DNA of 46,716 nt, from IMG/VR virus record IMGVR_UViG_3300042208_000036, positions 1-46,716 of that record; one strand, given 5' to 3'. Position numbers and translations under genes: made by a program. The number at the start of each line of letters is the position of its first letter. Within the stretch, counting starts at the first letter, position 1. Under the pieces are notes generated by a model. That model made no database searches, was not told where the DNA came from, and worked only from the letters and a program-made list of their open reading frames with translations. Source of the stretch: a virus (Duplodnaviria; Caudoviricetes). This document shows positions 1 through 7,962 of this stretch, one piece after another.

Positions 1-3
1 CCT

Positions 4-213
4 TTATAAATTTTTTAAATTCAATATCCAGTTTAAATCAATATTTTTATCTTTACAAACTTCTATTACTTGCTCATAAGGGATTTTATTTTCTCTTTTA
101 TATACAGCATAACTTGAAATAGGCATTTTTAAAGCTTCTGCAACTTGTTTATCTGTATTTAAATGCAATACAAATTTTATCTTTGAGTTGAATTCGTCGA
201 ATTTTTTAATCAT
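4..213 (-). CDS. Cro-like HTH regulator (phage CI-type HTH)
   Basis: HTH TDKQVAEALKMP, C-terminus IDLNWIL, divergent from the repressor. ATG at 213 has a GGAG RBS (the ORF track starts at 225). Confidence 0.75.
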   Translation of the reverse strand: MIKKFDEFNSKIKFVLHLNTDKQVAEALKMPISSYAVYKRENKIPYEQVIEVCKDKNIDLNWILNLKNL

Positions 214-371
214 TTGATACTCCAAATTTTAATTTATTTAAAATCATACTATTTTATATCTTAATATCCGTCATAACAAACTATATTTTAATTTATTTTT
301 TTAGTAGTATATGGAATATCAAATTTTAATTATGATTACGGTATAATATAAGAAAATTTCAAGGAGCATTT

Positions 372-1151
372 ATGAATACAATTTATGAAGCTTTGGAGAG
401 AGTTCAAGAATTATACGGTAAAAAAAGCATGACAGAAATGGCTGAATTATTGGGAATGCCTAAAAATACTTACTATGATAATGCACGAAAAGCCAAAGAA
501 GATTATGATAAAATCAAAGAATATGAAAAAGAGCAAAATCCAATTAAAAAAGATATTTTAAGTAATGCTCTTTTAAACAGTAAACAAAAAAACTACTCAA
601 ATGCACTCTATTATCAATTTATAGAATTAGCAGTGCGTGATAATTTAAACCTTAACTGGATATTTAATGGCACTCCACCTATCCAGCTTGGTTCTAATGA
701 AAAAATTGCAAGAATTGTACAAAATCACAATCTTAAAGAATATGTAACAGATGATACGGTTGCTGTTCCATATTTTCAAGACATAAAAGCAAGTGCTGGA
801 AATGGTTATTTAAATAGTGAAAATGATGAGCCTGATTTTATAGTTTTACCTAAAGCAATGATTAAAGGTAAGAATATCAATGCTCTTAGAGTTCATGGTG
901 ATTCAATGGCTCCAAATATTAAGCCGGACTCAATCATTTTTATTGATTTATCAAAGAAAAAATTAAAAAAAGCTTGTGTTTATGTGGTTAGGTATGAAGA
1001 TGAAGTTTATGTAAAAAGATTAGAAGAACTAGATGATTATATACTTTTAAGGTCTGACAATATTTCATATAGCACTATAACTGCAAAGAAAGAAGATGTA
1101 CATATTATCGGGCAAGTTGTAAATACCATGTCAACTGAAAATATTGAGTAA
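372..1151 (+). CDS. CI-like repressor with S24 peptidase domain
   Basis: N-terminal HTH, ASAGNG cleavage site, VHGDSMAP (Ser) and VYVKRL (Lys) motifs, AAGGAG RBS. Confidence 0.9.
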   Translation: MNTIYEALERVQELYGKKSMTEMAELLGMPKNTYYDNARKAKEDYDKIKEYEKEQNPIKKDILSNALLNSKQKNYSNALYYQFIELAVRDNLNLNWIFNGTPPIQLGSNEKIARIVQNHNLKEYVTDDTVAVPYFQDIKASAGNGYLNSENDEPDFIVLPKAMIKGKNINALRVHGDSMAPNIKPDSIIFIDLSKKKLKKACVYVVRYEDEVYVKRLEELDDYILLRSDNISYSTITAKKEDVHIIGQVVNTMSTENIE

Positions 1152-1393
1152 TGAATAGAATCAAGGCGACTCCGCCGCCCCCTCCGTTTGTTGCTAAAAT
1201 TCAAAGGTCACTAAGTATAGAGTTTCTTATAATATTAGTGATTTCTCTATGTTGTATTTGTTTGTATCTTTTTGATGATGATAATTTTTATAGAGATACT
1301 GTTTTTAAGGTTGGTTTTTATATGTATTTTGTAATTGTTATTTTTAGATTAACTGTTGCTGCAATAAAAACTATCTTTACTCCTAAAAGTTGA
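1151..1393 (+). CDS. Small two-TM membrane protein co-transcribed with cI (possible exclusion protein)
   Basis: Start overlaps the cI stop; two hydrophobic segments. Confidence 0.55.
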   Translation: MNRIKATPPPPPFVAKIQRSLSIEFLIILVISLCCICLYLFDDDNFYRDTVFKVGFYMYFVIVIFRLTVAAIKTIFTPKS

Positions 1394-2057
1394 AAAATTT
1401 TTTTAAATTTTTTTTGGTGTATGTATAATATCTATTTTTTAATATGATGTCATGCATTTATACACATACCAATTTTTAGCAAAGCCCAGCTTGGGGGAAT
1501 GGGTACCCCCTGAATTGAAACTTAAATTAATTTTTGATTTAGTTTTCTTTTTTTGGTTCTGCTGGTTTTTGTTTTTTTGCTGGTCCTGTTTGCTGCAGCT
1601 CCAGCTGGTGTTGTTGTTTCTTTTGCCGGGTATTTGCTGAGTAGCTGTGTTGAAACTTTTGCATGTGCCTTTGTTGTGGGATTTCTTTGTCTTCGTCATC
1701 CGGTCTAATTGGTCGGGGGACAAGAAAAATAAGGAATTTTCAAGAGTTTTGATGATAATTGAAGATTGATAAAAACTTTGTTTCGTTGACGAAAAACTGT
1801 TTTAGCTCTTCAAGTTCTGGTTAAAAATATTCCTAATTCTTGAAAAAATCAGGAACGACACGCAAATATACCCTTAAAACTAAAAACTTCTTTTTTAATC
1901 GTTTTTTATCTTCTTTTCTCTTAAAAATTTTCGCCAAATGGGGGGGGCGGTTTTTGCTTGGTGCGTAGCGATGTAAGTTACAGCTAAATTGATTGAAATA
2001 TTATTTTGTGTAAAATTTTACTGGGCAGAAATCTATCTTAGGATAGTAAAACTTACT

Positions 2058-2087
2058 AAGCCTTGCAGAAATGCAGGGCTTTTTTTT
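2058..2087 (+). terminator. Intrinsic terminator
   Basis: AAGCCTTGCA-GAAA-TGCAGGGCTT followed by a T run. Confidence 0.7.
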
Positions 2088-2298
2088 ATTTAATATGAGG
2101 TTTTACAGCTTCAACTACTTTATCCATATCTTTAGCTTTGATATAGTTTTTTAGCCAACTCTCAACCCACGGTGGTATTGGTCTGTCTGTATCGTTCCAC
2201 TTGGTTACCGTAGTGTATTTAATTCCTGTTAATTCTGCGAAATCTTTTCTTGTTTTGTTTATATCTTTTAATATGTTATCAAATACTTCTTTATTCAT
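2086..2298 (-). CDS. Small XRE-type HTH protein
   Basis: TRKDFAELTGIKYTTVTKW...IPPWV; AAGGA RBS. Confidence 0.8.
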   Translation of the reverse strand: MNKEVFDNILKDINKTRKDFAELTGIKYTTVTKWNDTDRPIPPWVESWLKNYIKAKDMDKVVEAVKPHIK

Positions 2299-2357
2299 AA
2301 ATAATCCTTTTAGTATGTAAAATTGTAATTAATTATTCCATAAAGTATTATTAAGCC

Positions 2358-2386
2358 TTGACAATTATTCCAAATCGTACTATACT
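2358..2386 (+). promoter_or_regulatory. sigma70 promoter
   Basis: TTGACA-17-TATACT; AATTATTCCA repeated at 2331 and 2363. Confidence 0.75.
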
Positions 2387-2416
2387 TTTAAAAATATAAG
2401 ACAAAAAGGAATAAAA

Positions 2417-2575
2417 ATGGAAAACTATCAAGAAGTAAAAAACGATATGGCTATCTTTATGCTAATACAAACAGTAAGTGATGAGTTAGCTAAAGCAAAC
2501 AGTTCAGACAATAAGGAGTATAAAGAATTTGTGGCAAAAATAGAAGCAATAAAAGATATGTTAGTTAATCTTTAG
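2417..2575 (+). CDS. 52-aa protein missing from the ORF track; paralog of 4976..5134
   Basis: AAGGA RBS; MENYQEVKNDMAIFMLIQ...DMLVNL; 39/52 identical to the second copy. Confidence 0.8.
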   Translation: MENYQEVKNDMAIFMLIQTVSDELAKANSSDNKEYKEFVAKIEAIKDMLVNL

Positions 2576-2672
2576 TGTTTGGGTTAACAAAAATTTAAGC
2601 TAAATAAAAATAGTATTTTATTACGGATTAACAAAAAGTTACTCCAAATACAAAAAAATAAAGGAAAAGAAA

Positions 2673-3104
2673 ATGAAGAGTAAAGAAGAGCTTTTTAGCA
2701 ACAGTCGTATATTTAGATGTGATGGTCAAGAACCACCTGCAATAGAAGCACTAGAGCTTCATAAAGTGCTTGAAATCAAGGAGTATCCAGATATGTGGAT
2801 AGATAATATGATTGAAAAATTCACAGAGGGTGAGCATGATGGTTGGGATTGTCAGCTAGTCGGTGGTTCGTACAATTTTTCGCTTGGGCTTTGCAAGGTT
2901 ATCACGATAAATAGTGATTCAAAAAATAAGAAACTTGTACTAAATGAGATAAAAAGGATAAAAAAAGAGCATATAAAATGTATATTTAACAACCCATTAA
3001 GAGGTAAAAAACAAATGCTAGGTCTTAGAATCAAACTAATCGAAGAAAAAGCAGATGAAAAAAGAGAAGAATTAAAAAAATTAGAGGCATTAAAGGAGTC
3101 ATAA
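2673..3104 (+). CDS. AntA/AntB-like antirepressor
   Basis: ALELHKVLEIK...WIDNMIEKF...YNFSL resembles the AntA N-terminal domain. Confidence 0.55.
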   Translation: MKSKEELFSNSRIFRCDGQEPPAIEALELHKVLEIKEYPDMWIDNMIEKFTEGEHDGWDCQLVGGSYNFSLGLCKVITINSDSKNKKLVLNEIKRIKKEHIKCIFNNPLRGKKQMLGLRIKLIEEKADEKREELKKLEALKES

Positions 3105-3105
3105 A

Positions 3106-4048
3106 ATGAATACTAATACAAAATACGAAATCATAGAAATAGACAACAAAGAGGTAACTTTTGATGTGAGCAACTTAGCTACATCAAAAAGTTTATATAT
3201 TAATGCGACTGAAATAGCTAAACAGTTCGATAAAAAACCTACTCACTGGCTAAGACTGAAAGAAGCTAAAGAGTATATGGATGCAGTATGTCAAGTTGCT
3301 AATCTGCAACTTGAAGATTTAACAAAAGTAATACACGGTGGAAATCATAATGGAACATGGATGCATAACAGACTTGCGATAAGATTTATGCAATGGCTCA
3401 ATCCAACCTTTGCAGTAATGTGTGATGAAAAAAATAAAAGAGATGCTAGAGGGTAACCCTCAACCAGTAGTATCAGAACACACCCTCACTCAAATACTAC
3501 ACTCAAACCAAGAAACAACTATGGCAATAGTACAACTTGGTAAAAACATGGAAACGATGTTTAAAACTATGTTAGATACCAACAACAACATGGTAAGACT
3601 AAAAAGTGAAGTAAAAGAGTCACTTGGAAGTATGGACAGAAAATTAGAACAAGTGGAAAACCGTACAAAAATAACAGCTGAAATATCGGTGCGAACCGAT
3701 AAGGTACTAGGAAAAACTTATAATTTCTTACGATACCAACCTATGACAAAAAAAGAGCGAAAAGCGATACAAAATGCAGTAGAAAAAAGAGCCAAAGAGA
3801 TAGCACCTTATCATAATATGACTCTAGAAAATACGATAGCTTCAATATATAGAGCTTTGAATAAGCAATATAATGTTACCACTTATAACGATTTGGAACA
3901 CAAAGATATATTAAGTGCACTTGATTGGATAGAGTTTTGTGAGCTAGGGACTTGGAAGGGAACATCAACTCTTAAAGACCCTCTTGAAGAAGAGTACGGA
4001 GAGAGTGAACAAAGTAGTGCAAGAGATATTTATGGAAATAGGTTTTAA
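3106..4048 (+). pseudogene. KilA-N + C-terminal (ORF6C-like) antirepressor split by a frameshift in an A7 tract (ORFs 3106..3456 and 3422..4048)
   Basis: KilA-N motifs INATEIAK and GTWMH..LAIRFMQWLNP. Removing one A at 3428-3434 fuses the ORFs (CDEKIKEML). The C-terminal half is nearly identical to that of 14405..15355. Confidence 0.7.
3575..3990 (+). repeat. 416-bp inverted repeat, copy A (partner 14505..14920)
   Basis: Colinear, near-identical reverse complement; 5 aa differences in ~138 encoded residues. Confidence 0.9.
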
Positions 4049-4058
4049 GGAGTAAAAA

Positions 4059-4292
4059 ATGAAACAAGATGTAAAGAATTATTTTGAAAACTACGGTTTA
4101 AATTTTGTAAAAAGAATTGCAAATATCAAAGATGATAGAGAACTGTGTCAAGAGCTGGAGATAGAACACAAAGAATTTGTCAAAAATGGATTTGAACCAT
4201 TTGTAAAAAATATCATTGCGTACTGCAATGAGAGAATCATAAATCTTAACTATGTATTTGGAACAAACTATGAAAGGAGGATAATATTATGA
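4059..4292 (+). CDS. Small degenerate CI/Cro-like HTH protein; paralog of 14218..14415
   Basis: RIANIKDDRELCQELEI...YCNERIINLNYVFG; AAGGAG RBS. Confidence 0.7.
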   Translation: MKQDVKNYFENYGLNFVKRIANIKDDRELCQELEIEHKEFVKNGFEPFVKNIIAYCNERIINLNYVFGTNYERRIIL

Positions 4293-4426
4293 GTTTTGGA
4301 AAGTATCAGTTTGAAAGCTTCCAGCAGTTTCAAGAGATTCAAAATTTGGCGATGGAGAATAATCTTAAAACTGCTGAAGAGTTCAATAAATATTTAGAGA
4401 AAAACTACTCTCACTTAAAAAAGTAG
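4289..4426 (+). CDS. 45-aa hypothetical protein missing from the ORF track
   Basis: AGGAGG RBS; ATGA overlap with the upstream stop; MSFGKYQFESFQQF...SHLKK. Confidence 0.65.
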   Translation: MSFGKYQFESFQQFQEIQNLAMENNLKTAEEFNKYLEKNYSHLKK

Positions 4427-4592
4427 ATTTTTCAATAGATAGCATCTAACCAGGTGCTATCGTTTGAGAGATTATAACAGAACTTTGATACAATATCAAG
4501 ACATAAGATATTTTGCTCCATACGGAACGGAATAACAAACTTTAAGTAGATGTGAAATATACTTTTATCACGGAAAATCAAAAAGGTAAAAT

Positions 4593-4841
4593 ATGAGTGA
4601 ATATACAAATATAGTAAAAAAGACTTGTAAAGAACTTGGCGTAACTCAAAAAGAGTTGGCGGAACTACTTGGTGTAAATGATGGAACACCAGCACAATGG
4701 AGCAGTAAAGGAGATATACCTTTAACATCTGTAAAATTTATGGAAACACTTATAGAAAATAAGCAATTAAAAGAAAAATTATCAAGTGTTTCAAATGCTC
4801 TTTCAATACTAGATAGTCTAAAAAATGATAATTTATCATAA
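4593..4841 (+). CDS. XRE HTH regulator; paralog of 15477..15713
   Basis: NIVKKTCKELGVTQKELAELLGV. Confidence 0.85.
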   Translation: MSEYTNIVKKTCKELGVTQKELAELLGVNDGTPAQWSSKGDIPLTSVKFMETLIENKQLKEKLSSVSNALSILDSLKNDNLS

Positions 4842-4879
4842 AAATATATAGAAATATTTATAATTTATCATAAATACTC

Positions 4880-4908
4880 TTGACAAATATTATAGTTTAT
4901 CATATAAT
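4880..4908 (+). promoter_or_regulatory. Consensus sigma70 promoter with TTATCATA operator-like repeats
   Basis: TTGACA-17-TATAAT; TTTATCATA near 4832, 4864 and 4896; palindrome ATATGAT..ATCATAT at ~4919-4937. Confidence 0.8.
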
Positions 4909-4975
4909 TACACTGTTAATATGATTTATTATCATATTTATTCTTTAAAAGAAAATCATTTTTAAGGGGAATACA

Positions 4976-5134
4976 ATGGAAAATTATGAGACTGTTAAAA
5001 ACGAATTAGCTATATTTATGCTTATACAGATTGTAAGCGATGAGATAGAAAAAGCAAATACATCACAAAACAATGATTATAAAGAGTTTGTAGCAAAGAT
5101 TGAAGCTATAAAAGATATGATTATAAATCTTTAA
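4976..5134 (+). CDS. 52-aa protein missing from the ORF track; paralog of 2417..2575
   Basis: AAGGGGA RBS; MENYETVKNELAIFMLIQ...DMIINL. Confidence 0.8.
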   Translation: MENYETVKNELAIFMLIQIVSDEIEKANTSQNNDYKEFVAKIEAIKDMIINL

Positions 5135-5145
5135 AGGTCTGTATA

Positions 5146-5922
5146 GTGAAACTTATTAAAGATTTAGGACTTGTATATCCAACTCCAAACAGTAAAAATA
5201 AAAGAAGATATGGGCTATATGAGTGTCCAATTTGTAAAAGTGAAGTGAGAACTGCAACTCATCATGTAAAAAGTGGAAGATCTACTATGTGTAGAAGTTG
5301 CTCTGTATCTAAAATCAAAACAACTCATGGCAAAAAGAATACTCGTATCTATAAAATATGGAAAGGTATAAAGAAAAGATGTTCAGATAATCCAAATAAT
5401 AAAAGAACCTATAAAGATTATTTTTTAAAAGGTGTTAGAGTTTGTGAAGAGTGGGATAATGATTTTATGGCTTTTTACAATTGGAGTATGAAAAATGGTT
5501 ATAGTGAAGATTTAACCATAGATAGAGAAAATAATGACTTAGGCTATACTCCAGATAATTGTAGATGGGTATCTAAAAATATTCAAGCAAGAAACACAAG
5601 GCAACTTATGAGTACAAATTCAAGTGGCTTTAGAGGTGTACATTTTTCAAGCATTAAAAAAAGATATATAGCTCAAATAAAAGTATCTAAAAAGGTAAGA
5701 TATTTAGGTGCTTTTGATGATAATCTTGAAGCTGCACTTGCTTATGATAATTATGTTACTATAAATAAATTACAACATACAACAAATAAGCTTCAAGCTA
5801 TAAAAGAACTAGGTTTAAAGCTTAGAGCTGAAGGTCTTAGCTTTAGAGATATTCACGATAGTGTTCTTGAAGCTGGTTATAAAATAAGCTATGATGCTTT
5901 GTTTAAATTGTTAAAGGATTGA
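5146..5922 (+). CDS. HNH endonuclease with AP2 domain (homing-type)
   Basis: CxxC zinc motifs, TIDRENNDLGYTPDNCRW, AP2 motif SGFRGV...YLGAFD...AALAYD. Confidence 0.85.
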   Translation: MKLIKDLGLVYPTPNSKNKRRYGLYECPICKSEVRTATHHVKSGRSTMCRSCSVSKIKTTHGKKNTRIYKIWKGIKKRCSDNPNNKRTYKDYFLKGVRVCEEWDNDFMAFYNWSMKNGYSEDLTIDRENNDLGYTPDNCRWVSKNIQARNTRQLMSTNSSGFRGVHFSSIKKRYIAQIKVSKKVRYLGAFDDNLEAALAYDNYVTINKLQHTTNKLQAIKELGLKLRAEGLSFRDIHDSVLEAGYKISYDALFKLLKD

Positions 5923-5923
5923 T

Positions 5924-6115
5924 ATGTCAAAATTAAAAATTAGAAAACTAAAAAAATACCGTAAATTTGAATTTTTTGTTTGGGGATTAGATAACACTTT
6001 TTCTAATAGTAAAAGTGTTTTTAGAAATACAGTTGTTTATTTTGGTGGGAGTGGGGATTATAAACTTCCTGACGATTCTTTAAAATTTAGGACTAATCTT
6101 AATTGTATATATTAG
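5924..6115 (+). CDS. Hypothetical protein
   Basis: AAGGA RBS, directly after the HNH gene. Confidence 0.5.
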   Translation: MSKLKIRKLKKYRKFEFFVWGLDNTFSNSKSVFRNTVVYFGGSGDYKLPDDSLKFRTNLNCIY

Positions 6116-6128
6116 ATAAGCGAAGCTA

Positions 6129-7961
6129 CTAAGCAGTAGCTCCAACTTTAGCTGGTGTATTTATATCAGATTTTATTTCTTCCTCTTTTGCTTTGTTTAA
6201 ATTAGCCTTACTTTGCATCTCTTCGATTTTAGCCATCATATTTTGCATCTCTAGCTGCATTTTTTGCATTTGTAGTTGTTGAGCTTGCTGTGCTTGTCCT
6301 GCATTTTGTGCTTGGGCTTGTCTATCTTCTTCTATTAGTTTACTAACTTGCATTGCTACAGGAGAATCTGTATCTAGTAAACTCATCTCAATCATTCTTG
6401 GTACAAGGTGAGGATGAGTAGTTTGTAAGGCTTTGATATATTCTGCCCATACTTTCTGTCTTTCTGCTGTGCTTCCTCTTGAATAAGGCATTTGCTGAAG
6501 GATGATATCATATCTTCCAACTTGTAAGCTATTTTTTCTTTTTGGTTCTCCACCAACTCTTACTACTGCACCGTTTGAATCTCTTTCAATTTCATTTGCT
6601 ATGAAGTATGCATCTGCTTCTTTCTTATCTGATATTTTATAAACCTGTTCTGCTGTGAAGTATTGCTGGATAAGTCCTAATGAAATTTCAGCTAAGTCTT
6701 TATCTTGTTCTGCACTTGTATCAATAAAATCTTGAAGTCCTACCAGTCCAGCATTTTGTCTATTTTCAATAGCTGCACCACTAAGTCTATTTACTGCACT
6801 TCCTAAAATTTCATTGTTTAACCCTACTAGCTCTTCTGCTTGATGTCTTAGGTCTGCTATTTCATTTCTAAGACTTGCTATTTCGTTGTATTGTTTAATA
6901 TCTTTTATTTTGTTGCTAGTTAAAGCTCCTGATTTTACTTCAACAACTGCACTGTCTTGAGAGTACTCTTCTATAAAAGTTTCAGCATCATCAACGGCAT
7001 CACTTTCAAAAAGCATTTTGTTTGTACCCATCATATGAATTGCTCTTAAGTGGCAGTTGTTTATTCTGTCTTGGATTGGTAAAAGGTTATAATAAAGCCC
7101 TCTTGTATCCCATGGTTCATCATGGTCTATTTCATCCATTCTTCTTATGCTAATTGGGAATCTTGTTATATGATATGGAGATTCTTTTGTCTCTAGTATT
7201 ACTTCATCGCTCCATACTGCATAATAAATTACATCTCTTTTTTTTCTACTGTCCCACTCTTTGAACCAGCTGTAATATATCAATGCTCTTTTGCTATATT
7301 GACTTGTACTTTGGTTTGAGTACTCACTACTTGCTTCTTGTGTATATGCTCTTAGTTTATCAACTTTTTCTTTTGGGAAGTGTTTATATAATCCCTCTAT
7401 ATCAAGAAGTCTTTCTCTGTGAAAATATCTCATATCGCTATAATCTGGATTTATAGCAAATGGATCTATATAGCACTGCGAAGTTGGGATATGATGATAT
7501 CTTATCTCTTTTACTTTTTTCCCTAAGATATCTCTTTCTCCAGTGTTTTTAACTTTTACTTCAACAACACTTACCGCACTTGTTCTAAGAGCTGCATCTG
7601 CTCTTTTTTTGTTTGCCCACCATTCAGTTGAGTCCATAGTTGTTTTTAAAATATTTGTAATAAGGTTAGCTTGAATTCTATCAGTTCCCTTTTGTCTTCC
7701 AAATGCTTGTATTTCTTGTCTTGAGGTAATTTTCAATCCTGATATTTTTGCATCAATTTTCTTGAAGATGTTTTCCCACATCTCTGGCTGTTCACGACCT
7801 GCAAGTATCTCTTTAACCTCTTGAGGGAGCTGGTCCCCTTTGATATAGTTTGTTATCCTTTTAGCTGTTTCTTTGCTTTTTTTAGAGTGAAATCTTGCTT
7901 CTTCAACTTGAAGCTTTAGCTTTTGTAAAAGGTTGAATTCTTTTTTTTGTTTATCGTTCAT
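6129..7961 (-). CDS. Portal protein (P22/N4-like)
   Basis: YIKGDQL, CYIDP..PDYSDMRY, LSGAAIENRQNAG, GRYDI and a Q-rich C-terminal barrel. Likely start MNDKQK (the track starts at 7985). Confidence 0.85.
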   Translation of the reverse strand: MNDKQKKEFNLLQKLKLQVEEARFHSKKSKETAKRITNYIKGDQLPQEVKEILAGREQPEMWENIFKKIDAKISGLKITSRQEIQAFGRQKGTDRIQANLITNILKTTMDSTEWWANKKRADAALRTSAVSVVEVKVKNTGERDILGKKVKEIRYHHIPTSQCYIDPFAINPDYSDMRYFHRERLLDIEGLYKHFPKEKVDKLRAYTQEASSEYSNQSTSQYSKRALIYYSWFKEWDSRKKRDVIYYAVWSDEVILETKESPYHITRFPISIRRMDEIDHDEPWDTRGLYYNLLPIQDRINNCHLRAIHMMGTNKMLFESDAVDDAETFIEEYSQDSAVVEVKSGALTSNKIKDIKQYNEIASLRNEIADLRHQAEELVGLNNEILGSAVNRLSGAAIENRQNAGLVGLQDFIDTSAEQDKDLAEISLGLIQQYFTAEQVYKISDKKEADAYFIANEIERDSNGAVVRVGGEPKRKNSLQVGRYDIILQQMPYSRGSTAERQKVWAEYIKALQTTHPHLVPRMIEMSLLDTDSPVAMQVSKLIEEDRQAQAQNAGQAQQAQQLQMQKMQLEMQNMMAKIEEMQSKANLNKAKEEEIKSDINTPAKVGATA

Positions 7962-7962
7962 C

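Noticed and set aside
1439-1723. ORFs 1439..1723 (-) and 1452..1640 (+)
   Set aside because: Low-complexity translations of a skewed region with no convincing RBS.
4432-4728. 98-aa minus-strand ORF
   Set aside because: Antisense to a clear HTH gene.
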